Below are positions 17,900-27,463 of a stretch of 64,000 bases of DNA, one piece after another (positions within the stretch are counted from its first letter, which is position 1; each line of letters starts with the position of its first letter). The position numbers were made by a program, and so were the translations under genes. This stretch comes from a virus (lineage: Duplodnaviria > Caudoviricetes). Under the pieces are notes generated by a model. That model did not search any database. It saw only the letters and a program-made list of their open reading frames with translations, and had not been told where the DNA came from. Where the stretch lies: IMG/VR virus record IMGVR_UViG_3300042269_000666, positions 12,507 to 76,506 of that record. The stretch is one strand, 5' to 3'.

Positions 17900-19207
17900 A
17901 TGGCAAGGGTAACAAAAGGCAGAATTTACCTGCGCGGTAAATCAAAAAATTATTTCGCTGAATACACAATCAATGGTAAAACGACTCGGCGCTTACTCCG
18001 TGATAATGACGGCAACCCTACAACTAGCAAAGCAACCGCAAACAAACTCTTGCATGATTTACTAAATCCGCTGGCTTTAAAGGAAAAGCAAGAGACTGTA
18101 CAGCAAATTGCACATAGCTTAGATGATTTAACAAAGCGTATTGAAAAAGCTGAAAAGGATTTAGAGCCAGTATTAAAACTGAGTGATGCATGGAGTGCTT
18201 ACGAGTCTGCGTCAAACAGGCCAGATAGCGGAGAGCGTACCATGCAAGATTACGGCTTATATTATTCTGCCTTTTTTAAATGGGTTAAAAATAATTATTC
18301 TGACTTAGCTTATTTGAAAGACATTACTGCAGATATAGCCAGCAAATACGCGACCAGTATAATTGAGGCAGGGAAATCTCCAGGAACATTTAATAAGCAT
18401 ATTGGATTTTTAAGGCTCCTTTTTGACACACTGGAAGAAACAGCCAAAATTATTAAAAATCCTTTTGCGAAAATAAAGCGCAGAAAGCTAAAAACGCAGT
18501 CAAGGCGAGAATTAACGATAGAGGAACTCTACAATATACTACAAGCTGCAACCGGTGATTTAACTTTATTATTAAGCTTAGGTACTTTTACTGGCTTACG
18601 TCTTGGTGATTGCTGTACCTTGAAATGGTCAGAGGTTGATCTGGTCAGGCGCGTGATCCGGCGCGTTCCCAATAAAACAGCAAGCAGGAGTACTTCAAAA
18701 CCTGTGGTTATTGGATTGCCAAGTGCTCTGTATAATCAGTTGGCAGAGATACCAGCGGAAAAGCGTAATGGCTATATAATACCGGAATATGCTGAACTGT
18801 ACAAGTCTCTTTCTACGCGTCCAAGGATAACAAGGCGTATTCAACGACATTTTGAAAATTGTGGTATACAATGTCATCGTGAGGGAACCGGACCGGGAAC
18901 AGGCAAACGTGCGGTTGTAGAAGTCGGATTTCACAGTTTGCGGCATACATACGTTTCCCTACATGCTGAACGTGGAACACCAGCTGCCATTATTCAAGGG
19001 AACGTCGGTCACGGCAGTCCAGCAATGACGGCACATTATACCCACATTTCAGATAAAGCAGCAGTCAAGGTTGCAAAAGTACTGGATTTTAATGAATCAA
19101 ATATTAAGACAAACCAGGAACGCCTGAAACTTCAAGAATTGATCGAGTCCGTACCTGATGACAAGATAAAGGATATAATTGATTTTATCACAAAGCAGGT
19201 GCAGTAA
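17900..19207 (+). CDS. int: Tyrosine recombinase / phage integrase
   Basis: GLRLGD (R), FHSLRH (HxxR), GH, MTAHYTH (Y); N-terminal arm-binding region. Confidence 0.95.
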   Translation: MARVTKGRIYLRGKSKNYFAEYTINGKTTRRLLRDNDGNPTTSKATANKLLHDLLNPLALKEKQETVQQIAHSLDDLTKRIEKAEKDLEPVLKLSDAWSAYESASNRPDSGERTMQDYGLYYSAFFKWVKNNYSDLAYLKDITADIASKYATSIIEAGKSPGTFNKHIGFLRLLFDTLEETAKIIKNPFAKIKRRKLKTQSRRELTIEELYNILQAATGDLTLLLSLGTFTGLRLGDCCTLKWSEVDLVRRVIRRVPNKTASRSTSKPVVIGLPSALYNQLAEIPAEKRNGYIIPEYAELYKSLSTRPRITRRIQRHFENCGIQCHREGTGPGTGKRAVVEVGFHSLRHTYVSLHAERGTPAAIIQGNVGHGSPAMTAHYTHISDKAAVKVAKVLDFNESNIKTNQERLKLQELIESVPDDKIKDIIDFITKQVQ

Positions 19208-19213
19208 GGTAAC

Positions 19214-19591
19214 TTATTTTTTTGCCAAAAGAGCCGCCAAAGCTTCTTCAAAAATGTGTCCGTGCAGGTATGCAAGAGCTTCATGATTGTCAAAGGTTAT
19301 TTGTATATTGCATACCTGCAATATTCGCATTGCAATATGTAAGCACTCATGAGACAGTGTACCCATATTAGAAATAGAATGATTGTATTCAGGCATCCAA
19401 ATAAAACCTAAACATTCAGCTGTTTTGGCTTCTTCTAACAATTCGCTATATCCGGCATAAAAACACTGTTTTGACGGAGGCAGTTGAAACACTCTTTTGC
19501 GATATGCCTCACATTCTTTATAACTGCCTATAAATATTGTTACAGGAATATTATAGGTATTGTTTTCTAAGATTTTATAGACTTTTTTCAT
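19214..19591 (-). CDS. Small phage protein with HExxH zincin motif
   Basis: SHECLH and downstream HEALAY. Confidence 0.55.
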   Translation of the reverse strand: MKKVYKILENNTYNIPVTIFIGSYKECEAYRKRVFQLPPSKQCFYAGYSELLEEAKTAECLGFIWMPEYNHSISNMGTLSHECLHIAMRILQVCNIQITFDNHEALAYLHGHIFEEALAALLAKK

Positions 19592-20997
19592 GATACTGTG
19601 ATAGTCCGTTTTAAGAATGTATAACGTTTACGGCTCATGATAAAGCCACCTGAGATTGCATCTACAAAGTCATCATGCGCACCACTGGGGAATTCCCTTA
19701 ACTGCTCTAAGGCTGCTTTATTCCACCAGGCGCGTTCCATGAAAACATTACCGACTTCAAATAAAGGCTCCATTTCTCCGGCACGTGATACTTTATCAGA
19801 ACTTACAGTGACCTTATCAACTATACGCCGTCCCTCTAAGATGCTTTTTAAAATCGTATAGGTGTCTTTATACCCTCCGGCACTTTCCACCCCTATACGG
19901 ACGCTGGAACCGTCTCTATCGGTAGTTTTCAAAATAAGATTATTACGCTCCAAGGCTTCTTTTTGACAAAATGCCAAATCTTTGATGAATAGTTGCCAGA
20001 GGTTATTTTTACGCCTGACTCCAACCAACGCCCCAGCCGTAAAGTCAGGATCAGCTTTAGCGCGTTCTTTTTCTCCTGAGGCCAAGTCCCAAAAGCGGTA
20101 ATAGCGGATATCTGATGGACATTTATCAATGATATTTACGTTATCAACCTTAAGCATGTTCCCTCCGCGCAAGACAGGCTCACACTGCAACAGTGCCGCA
20201 CTTTGATAACTGCCCAATGTAGCAAACTGCTTTTCATACCATTCGGCAGAAAAGCGTTCTGGGAAAAGATAATTACCATTAATATCACGCGCCGGAAAGC
20301 TCATAATTTCGTATTTGGGAAAGTCCGGGTTATAATCCTCGCTATTTTTGTCATTACGGTTTTTTATTCTGCCGATAATATCATCTCTATGCCATGGAGT
20401 AGCCAGTATTATGACAATATGCACTGGGGCAAGGCGTGTAATCAAATTGCCTCTGAAATTATCCCATTGCTTATTGCGCTCTGTCTCTGATTCGGCAATT
20501 GAGCGTCCACGCAGATAGTCATCTATAATTAAAACATCAGCGCCTTTACCAGTAGCACCTGCAGAGATTGTACACGACTGGAATTTTCCGTAATGCTTTC
20601 TTATTCCCCAGGTAGAAACAGACGCTGATTCACTTGATATTTTTAAACTAGGAAAAACTTGACTGTATTCCGGAGACTTAAATACATTACGGGCATCACG
20701 GCTCATAGCTTGAGATAATTCTTCTCCGTATGTGCTCAGGATAATTTCAGATTCAGGATTATGACCAAGGAAAAATGGAGGAAAATGACGGGAAATGATT
20801 TCTGATTTACCATGCCGGAACGGAACCGTACAAATCAGGTAAGTAGATTTGCCGTTCTTATAGTCATACATTGCCCTGTCAAGCCGTGTGGTAATGGCGC
20901 TAGTATGCCGCCCGACAATCAAAGGCCGGGAGTCCTGACGGACTGCTTTCATGAATTCAAGCATCCGGAATTTAGCAAGCAGTTTTTTCTTCATCAC
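19588..20997 (-). CDS. terL: Terminase large subunit
   Basis: Walker A-like PFRHGKS, Walker B VLIIDD, nuclease WDLAS, C-terminal HDDFVDA. Confidence 0.93.
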   Translation of the reverse strand: MMKKKLLAKFRMLEFMKAVRQDSRPLIVGRHTSAITTRLDRAMYDYKNGKSTYLICTVPFRHGKSEIISRHFPPFFLGHNPESEIILSTYGEELSQAMSRDARNVFKSPEYSQVFPSLKISSESASVSTWGIRKHYGKFQSCTISAGATGKGADVLIIDDYLRGRSIAESETERNKQWDNFRGNLITRLAPVHIVIILATPWHRDDIIGRIKNRNDKNSEDYNPDFPKYEIMSFPARDINGNYLFPERFSAEWYEKQFATLGSYQSAALLQCEPVLRGGNMLKVDNVNIIDKCPSDIRYYRFWDLASGEKERAKADPDFTAGALVGVRRKNNLWQLFIKDLAFCQKEALERNNLILKTTDRDGSSVRIGVESAGGYKDTYTILKSILEGRRIVDKVTVSSDKVSRAGEMEPLFEVGNVFMERAWWNKAALEQLREFPSGAHDDFVDAISGGFIMSRKRYTFLKRTITVS

Positions 20998-21674
20998 AAA
21001 GTTATCTTAAAATCAGGGGATTTGTCTTTTAATTCTTCTATTCGCTTTAAAGATGCCTGATATTCTTCTTCTGAATATTTAACCGGCATATGAATTTCAT
21101 CTGTAGAAAAGAGAGCATGGGTTGCTTTTTCAAGATCGTCCAGGCATTTGCCACCGTGCTGTGCTGCCGCATGCGCTAAAAAAAGTTCACTCCACGCGTT
21201 GTATTTTCCGACTTGGTTTGCCAGCTTGAAAAGATTCAGCAAAATTGGAATAGGTTCCTGCATTAAAGCTTCAAACGTATAGCATGGAAATTTATTAACG
21301 ATTTTCGCCGTGATGAATTCAAAATTGATATTTCCTGATGCCCCGTCAGCAGAAGCTTTATCATCATGACGGATCACCCGTTTCGATATGCCAAAGAATA
21401 ATTTTCCGGCAATATGTGCGGTGTCGCTGTAATCAAACAACAATAATTGTTTCCACTCTTTACTGGGCCATACTGTTTTGATTATTGCACGTAAACGCTT
21501 ACGACCTGCAGCCATGCTCTGCGGAGTTGGATTTTTCGCGACTTCGTCAAGAATATCAATATATTCATCATAGAACGTCGCAGGGAGCAAAGGTACAAGA
21601 AACTCCCTGCGACGACGATCTATTACTTTGATAGACCGATTTTTTAAAAATGGAAAAAGTTTATTAAGCAGCAC
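20994..21674 (-). CDS. Putative tail assembly chaperone (G/T-like in one frame)
   Basis: Directly follows major tail gene; helical 226 aa. Confidence 0.5.
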   Translation of the reverse strand: MLLNKLFPFLKNRSIKVIDRRRREFLVPLLPATFYDEYIDILDEVAKNPTPQSMAAGRKRLRAIIKTVWPSKEWKQLLLFDYSDTAHIAGKLFFGISKRVIRHDDKASADGASGNINFEFITAKIVNKFPCYTFEALMQEPIPILLNLFKLANQVGKYNAWSELFLAHAAAQHGGKCLDDLEKATHALFSTDEIHMPVKYSEEEYQASLKRIEELKDKSPDFKITL

Positions 21675-22152
21675 CGCTAGTCACCGCATAAAGTACATCA
21701 GCATCAGCATTTGAGGTGTTCAGAACCGCCTCAAAAGTAATCTCGATACCATGATCTTTGGTGCCGTCAACGTCATAGGAAAAAGCTTTTTCTACGACAG
21801 CGTTGTTTATGGTATGAATTCGATCTCCACCGATTTCAGACAATACCAATGGATGCTTTTCAGCTGCCGCCATTACATCGACACCAATTTCAGCACCGGT
21901 AATTGATTTGCCGGCACCGAGCAACAATTCCAAAGCCGGAGTGATTTCTTTAAACTTAGCTTTGACGATCATTTTGATTTCAATGAGCTTTTTCGCTACA
22001 ACGTTGCCTTTGGCCTGATTGCAGGTCACCTCGATATATTTATTTTCACGAGTGATATTTACCGCATCCTCAGTGCCGCCAAGCAGAACGTCATTGTATT
22101 TGACCGAACAAGGCTTATCACAAAAATTCTCTACATTGTAACCATCGGGCAT
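21664..22152 (-). CDS. Putative major tail (tube) protein
   Basis: 162 aa, LLGGTEDAVNIT..EVTCNQ..HGIEITFEAV beta-rich pattern; GGAGG RBS. Confidence 0.7.
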   Translation of the reverse strand: MPDGYNVENFCDKPCSVKYNDVLLGGTEDAVNITRENKYIEVTCNQAKGNVVAKKLIEIKMIVKAKFKEITPALELLLGAGKSITGAEIGVDVMAAAEKHPLVLSEIGGDRIHTINNAVVEKAFSYDVDGTKDHGIEITFEAVLNTSNADADVLYAVTSGAA

Positions 22153-22199
22153 TTTATACCTCCATGTTTAAAAGTTTCAACTGCTTTACACCATCTCTA

Positions 22200-22220
22200 T
22201 ATCAGTAAACGAAGTGTCAA
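22200..22220 (-). promoter_or_regulatory. Late-block motif upstream of major tail gene
   Basis: TTGACA (22220-22215) overlapping the upstream stop; 62 nt to ATG, the outlier of the set. Confidence 0.45.
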
Positions 22221-22594
22221 CAAGTGAGAGTTTTCGCTTTTATTTTGAGGTTAGCGCTTACTCCTGTGACATCTTTGCCTTTGTGTGAAGTGGGATAAGT
22301 AGCTATCGAGCCGATTTTCAGGATAGTCAAATTCTGTGAATAATACGGCAGGGACGCGTTTATTTTCGCGGCAATTCTCAAAGCATCGTCCCGGTCTTTG
22401 TACCGTCCCAGTATTTGTACCGTCAGGATTGGGATTGACGGGAAATTGTCAGGATCACAGGACTCTATGTGTATGCCGACCGCGTCGACTACTTTAGCGT
22501 TCAGGATTCCGCGAAATATGGTTTTATCAACGGTCATCTCAAGCTTTTCAGCAAAGTAACCTATCAATGCATGCTCTAAATCAATAATAGTCAT
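22217..22594 (-). CDS. Putative tail terminator / tail completion protein
   Basis: 125 aa, TIFRG, VQILGRYKDRDDA; typical size and motif. Confidence 0.6.
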   Translation of the reverse strand: MTIIDLEHALIGYFAEKLEMTVDKTIFRGILNAKVVDAVGIHIESCDPDNFPSIPILTVQILGRYKDRDDALRIAAKINASLPYYSQNLTILKIGSIATYPTSHKGKDVTGVSANLKIKAKTLTC

Positions 22595-22602
22595 GAAACT
22601 GT

Positions 22603-22663
22603 ACTCCTTTTGATAATGATGTTTCTTGTCAATATTGACAAACCCTGCTTATCTCAAAAGGAG
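22603..22663. promoter_or_regulatory. Back-to-back pair of late-block motifs sharing a 16-bp palindrome
   Basis: TTGTCAATATTGACAA (22626-22641); each strand reads TTGACA-N14-CAAAAGGAG, then ATG. Confidence 0.65.
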
Positions 22664-22670
22664 CTTTTTT

Positions 22671-25391
22671 ATGTCTGACGGTTTGGACTTAGGTAGAATC
22701 GGTTACGAAACTTATATAAACGATAAGCAGTATGAAAAGACACTACGCAAGATGGAGAATGATGCCGAACGTTCCGGCAAAAGTATAATGAAATCGCTTT
22801 TCGGTGCGTTGAGTATTTATTCCGGCTATCGTTTCTTCAAGGGATTGGTGCAGTCTGCTTCTGATCTTATAGAAGCAGAAAACAAATTCAGGGTGGTATT
22901 CCAATCAATAGGTGATTCAGCAGAAAAAGCAAGGAAGCGACTGCAAAAGGCTTTCGGGCGTTCAAAACTGGAATCTGCGGAATTACTTGGAAATGCAGGC
23001 GATATTTTAACTGGCCTTGGATTTAGTGCTGAAGCCGCATTGAAAATGTCATCTCAAGCTGCAGAGCTGTCAATTGATTTAACATCTTTGCAGAATTATA
23101 AAGGCGGCGCCAAAGGTGCTATGGAAGCAATGACTGCTCTGATGGTAGGAGAAACTGAACGGGCTAAAGCATTAGGTATACTTGTTCGTCAGGAATCTGC
23201 GGAATTCAAAAATTTAGTCAAGCATTATATGGAAGTTGAAAAGATGACCTTAGAGCAGGCTAAAGCACAAGCCGCTTTAGATATTGCTATCAAACAATCA
23301 AAAAATGCTATCGGCGATTACGCGAGAACAGCGGAAGAATTTGCCAACTCTTCACGCCGTGCAGGTGAACGAATACAGGATATTGCCTCAAAACTGGGAA
23401 AGAACCTCATTCCTTTGGCTTCAAAGATAATCCGGTTGATCTCATGGGGGACTGATGTGCTTGGAGATATGAACGGGACACTGGTAAGCTCTACAGCATA
23501 CTTCGGCATATGGATTGCCAGTATGTACGGATTGGAAAAAGTATTCGGCATAATGGGGAAAATTAAAAATGCCGTCAATGAGGCAGCTGTTAATGCCGGT
23601 TATATGTCTGCGGAAGCTTTAGCCGCAAAGCAGGCAGAGGAATTAAAGGTTGCAGAAAACCTCAAATCAAACGCTATTCGTCGTGCCCAGAATAAGAAAA
23701 GGGCTCTTGATGAAGCCGTTAACTACAAGATGGAAGCAAAGACCGCTTTTAAAGCTGAACGCCAGAAATACGCGGAAGCCAAAAAAGCCGGAACTGCAAC
23801 CTTGGAGCAAAAAGAAAAACTTAAGAATGCGGCTGGCAAATACCGTCAGAGCCTGGCTAGTCTGACCCGTGCAGAAAGGCAATACCGACGCGCCCAGATA
23901 GCGGCAAATATTACTTCTGCCCGTGCAAGCGCAACGCTCAACAGAAATACAATAGCTACAAAAGTTAACGCAACCGCAAAATATGCTCTTGGACGTGCCG
24001 TTTTATTTACCAAAGCCTGTTTTAAATCTTTGTGGGCCGCAATTGTCGCTAATCCGATTGGGGCGATACTGGCTGTGCTGGGATTGGCTATTTCCGCAAT
24101 GAATGCCTGGGGAGATAGCATAAGGCAAACAGCCGCAGAACAAATAGAATTAGCAAAGAACGCCTCTGAGCTTGCAGATAAAAGGCTGGATTCAGGCAAC
24201 AAACAACGCTTGGCTGACTTGGATAGTCTTGACAGGCTCAAGCGACTGGCAACCGCAGAACGCCTGAGTAATGATGAGAAAGCAGAAGCGAAAGAGCTTA
24301 TTGATGATCTATCAAAACGCTACGGTGATCTTGGAATATCAATTGACAAGACTACAGGAAAATTGAACATTCAGGCCGGGGCATTTGATAAGATCAATAA
24401 AAAAATGCTTGCTCAGGCTCAAGCTCAACGCAAAGCCGTCATTAAAAAGAAGATGGCTGAAATTGAAGCCCTGAAAGCGGAAAATAAAGCATTGGGAAGC
24501 TGGGGCGCTCAAGGCTTCTTCTGGATGAATTCAGAATCAAATAAAGCCAAGCAGGATGCCAACGCCAAAAGAATTAATGCCCTTTGGGATGAAGTCGGGG
24601 CAATGAAAATGGCTGTCAGAAATGCGACTGCTGTTGATAAAGAAAATGATCAGGAAAGGAAAAATAAAGTAAGACAAGCTAAAAATGCAGCAACCAAGAA
24701 AAAATATAAAGAATATGAGGAGCAAGAAGCTGAATGGAGAAACAACCGTTTAAGCGACTATGAACGAGAGCTGAAAGCAATAAATGAAATTGTTGATGCT
24801 CAAAAAATGCGTGCGCAAGAACTTTATAGATTGAAAGAATTATCAAAAGAAGACCTTGAAGCCTCTTTAAAACTGGCAGAATCAGAACGTAAACGCCTGA
24901 CTGATAAGCTGAATGCCGAACGCCAAGCGGAAGAAGCCCGTAAACAGGCTCAGAGAGCGGAGTTATCCCGGGACCTTGAGTATAATCGATTAAAAGCCCA
25001 ATTCCTTGCAGACGGCAAGCTTGACAGGCAGGAAAATATTTCACTGGCAGAAAAAGAGGTTGAACTACAGAAACAGCGTGTAGCGGAAGCCAAAAAGGCA
25101 GCGGAACAGGCAAAAGCCGAGAATAAGGCACAAACTGAAAATGCTTTGGCTCAAGCTCAGATAGAACTTGGTGAAAAAATGCGTGATCTTAAAGCCTTGA
25201 CTGATGCCCCGTTAAAAGCACGGCGAAGCATATCTCAAACTGGCGGTTTTCTGGCAACAAGAGTTTCTCTGATCGGCAATCAAGACCCGGCAAAAGAAAC
25301 AGCCAAGAACACCAAAGACATCGTAAAACATGTTAAGAAAACCGAGCAGAATACTAAAAAGATAGCTGAAAAGACTTTGACGTTTGATTAA
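22671..25391 (+). CDS. Tape measure protein
   Basis: Long Ala/Lys-rich helical protein, ASDLIEAENKFRVVF, central hydrophobic segments; start placed at ATG 22671 after AAGGAG. Confidence 0.85.
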   Translation: MSDGLDLGRIGYETYINDKQYEKTLRKMENDAERSGKSIMKSLFGALSIYSGYRFFKGLVQSASDLIEAENKFRVVFQSIGDSAEKARKRLQKAFGRSKLESAELLGNAGDILTGLGFSAEAALKMSSQAAELSIDLTSLQNYKGGAKGAMEAMTALMVGETERAKALGILVRQESAEFKNLVKHYMEVEKMTLEQAKAQAALDIAIKQSKNAIGDYARTAEEFANSSRRAGERIQDIASKLGKNLIPLASKIIRLISWGTDVLGDMNGTLVSSTAYFGIWIASMYGLEKVFGIMGKIKNAVNEAAVNAGYMSAEALAAKQAEELKVAENLKSNAIRRAQNKKRALDEAVNYKMEAKTAFKAERQKYAEAKKAGTATLEQKEKLKNAAGKYRQSLASLTRAERQYRRAQIAANITSARASATLNRNTIATKVNATAKYALGRAVLFTKACFKSLWAAIVANPIGAILAVLGLAISAMNAWGDSIRQTAAEQIELAKNASELADKRLDSGNKQRLADLDSLDRLKRLATAERLSNDEKAEAKELIDDLSKRYGDLGISIDKTTGKLNIQAGAFDKINKKMLAQAQAQRKAVIKKKMAEIEALKAENKALGSWGAQGFFWMNSESNKAKQDANAKRINALWDEVGAMKMAVRNATAVDKENDQERKNKVRQAKNAATKKKYKEYEEQEAEWRNNRLSDYERELKAINEIVDAQKMRAQELYRLKELSKEDLEASLKLAESERKRLTDKLNAERQAEEARKQAQRAELSRDLEYNRLKAQFLADGKLDRQENISLAEKEVELQKQRVAEAKKAAEQAKAENKAQTENALAQAQIELGEKMRDLKALTDAPLKARRSISQTGGFLATRVSLIGNQDPAKETAKNTKDIVKHVKKTEQNTKKIAEKTLTFD

Positions 25392-25666
25392 TCAATAGAG
25401 GTGAAATACGGGCAGGTTTCTTCGCCTGTCCAAATTTCATCTGATATATACTTGAATTTGGGGCAGGAACGATTCACGGGCTGGCGAATATCGCTATGCT
25501 TATAAAGCTTGCAGTCATAACACTGTTTGCAGGAATGACGGCTATCGTCTAAAGACATGCATTCTGCCCCGTCAATGATTTTTATTCTTCCTTTTATTTC
25601 CGGAAGATTTCGGATTGCTTCAAGGTTACGCTCCTGTTCTTCCTTGCTGACTTCATTTAACTTCAT
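25388..25666 (-). CDS. Small Cys-rich protein downstream of minor head protein (immunity candidate)
   Basis: CKQCYDC..C..CPYF; start at 25666 overlaps the upstream stop. Confidence 0.5.
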   Translation of the reverse strand: MKLNEVSKEEQERNLEAIRNLPEIKGRIKIIDGAECMSLDDSRHSCKQCYDCKLYKHSDIRQPVNRSCPKFKYISDEIWTGEETCPYFTSID

Positions 25667-27098
25667 ATTTAACACCTGAATTTTTCCATACTTTTTTATT
25701 AACATGATGCGCAATGGTAGCTTTGAATTTCTTGTATGGAACTTTGTTATTTAGGTATCTTTGCTGTAATTCGTTATAAGTATCATACCACTTGCCAAGC
25801 AAATTCGCAACATCTTTTGCTGATAAATATTGTTCCAGGCTAAGAGAATAGGTGTGCCTTGGCGAAACTATACGCAATTCTTTCGCTCCACTGCCCAGGA
25901 ATGTAGCAATATCGTCCATTGAAAAACTGGCATCAACTGGATGATTATGGGTAACAATGTTATTTCTTGCAAAATTTGTCGGGATATTAGGCACGGTATT
26001 AGTTGTACCCTGTTTAGCCCATACTAATTTGCCTGTTTCAGAATCAAAAATGCCGGCATGTTCAAAATTACCGTTTGCGATTTTTTCCTCAAAATCTTTT
26101 TGATTATCCGGATAGGTTTCAAATTCCTGCTTGAACTTTTTCATCTTACGGGTTCTTGGAGATTTTAAAGAGCCTTTTTTACGGTATTCGCGCCATGCTT
26201 CTTTATCATCTTTCTGCTCTTTGCCTTTGCTGTTCAGCCCATTATTAGGCCGTCCTTTTTCGTCAAAATCCTCTCCGGCAATCATCGGATCAACAGCAAC
26301 CATGCGGTGAGTGCAATTCGGGTGAAATAATCCTGATGATCGAGCCGATTCGATAGACGGATATTTGCCAGTACCGCTGATAGAGAGCAAACGCCCCTCC
26401 CAGACAGCACAGGCGGGGCAGGGGTTGCCGGACGTACTGATTGCCACAATATCGTTTTTCTCATCGCTACAGCCGTGCAAATAGGCTTCACGGGCGTTGT
26501 TGTGAAGCACTGTACGGCTTAACATTTCAAAATACGCGTCAGAGTTCCACTTCCTGCCGTCTTTTGCTATGAAAATGAATTTCTCGCCACCATTCTCATA
26601 GAACAGGCGTTTTGACACAGCTACTTGAGTTTCACCAGTCAAGGAAGATTCACGCATAACTCGTGCTGAAATACGCCGCAGGTTATTGATTGCAGCTGTG
26701 GACATCTGCTTTGTTGCCCCGGCAATGTGTGTGAAGTCATCTTCCAGCATGAGTTTCATTGTGTTTTTATTCAGGTTGCCGACTACTTCACTTGGATTTT
26801 CGGCAAGGTCAACGAGTGCTGAATGATAAAAGCTCTGAGCAACATAAGTAATTGCCGCTTTTGCGGTTTTCCGGTACTCCTGTTCAAAATCGGCGAACAT
26901 GCCCTGCAGTTCCTCCATAAGCATAACCAGGCGTGGCCCAGTAAATGAAGAACGTTGCTGCAGGACATATTCTTTTATGCGATCCTCAACACGTTCACGT
27001 GCCGCAAGGTAAATTGCGTACATGTCTTTTTCCTTTGCGGAAAGTTCTGTGTAGCCTTTGCTGGCATGGCTGTTGAGGAAAGCACGAATCAGGTTCAT
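25653..27098 (-). CDS. Minor head (MuF/minor capsid-like) protein with C-terminal JAB/MPN-like domain
   Basis: WNSDAYFEMLSRT, CPACAVWEGR, LFHPNCTH; C-terminal THNHPVDASFSMDD. Confidence 0.8.
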   Translation of the reverse strand: MNLIRAFLNSHASKGYTELSAKEKDMYAIYLAARERVEDRIKEYVLQQRSSFTGPRLVMLMEELQGMFADFEQEYRKTAKAAITYVAQSFYHSALVDLAENPSEVVGNLNKNTMKLMLEDDFTHIAGATKQMSTAAINNLRRISARVMRESSLTGETQVAVSKRLFYENGGEKFIFIAKDGRKWNSDAYFEMLSRTVLHNNAREAYLHGCSDEKNDIVAISTSGNPCPACAVWEGRLLSISGTGKYPSIESARSSGLFHPNCTHRMVAVDPMIAGEDFDEKGRPNNGLNSKGKEQKDDKEAWREYRKKGSLKSPRTRKMKKFKQEFETYPDNQKDFEEKIANGNFEHAGIFDSETGKLVWAKQGTTNTVPNIPTNFARNNIVTHNHPVDASFSMDDIATFLGSGAKELRIVSPRHTYSLSLEQYLSAKDVANLLGKWYDTYNELQQRYLNNKVPYKKFKATIAHHVNKKVWKNSGVKYEVK

Positions 27099-27463
27099 AT
27101 TCCAATTACTCCAAGCGCGGCTTTAAAAGCAATGGATAAACCAGTAGTTACAGCATTCAGGAGCAGGTTTGAGACTTTCAGCGACAAGATGGCCTGATGG
27201 TCTACTGCAATAGCACGGTAATTGTCAAGGTTTGCCAAATGACGCTTTTTCTCATCTTCGTCATTAGTAGCAAGCATGGCTTTTACTTCGGTTTCAACTC
27301 CTTTGAGGCACTGTTGCAAGAATGGACGGTCTTCTTTTTTGACTTCTTCTATCATTTCAGAAACGTCTTTTTTGAGTGCTCCAACGTATTCATCCCAATA
27401 TTGTCCAGCGGTCTTTTCCATATCAATCACCTCCAAATGGATTCCATGATTCAGCGTGTTCAC
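27095..27463 (-). CDS. Hypothetical helical protein with hydrophobic C-terminus
   Basis: Start may be MEKTAG at 27421; lysis-cassette position. Confidence 0.55.
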   Translation of the reverse strand: MNTLNHGIHLEVIDMEKTAGQYWDEYVGALKKDVSEMIEEVKKEDRPFLQQCLKGVETEVKAMLATNDEDEKKRHLANLDNYRAIAVDHQAILSLKVSNLLLNAVTTGLSIAFKAALGVIGI

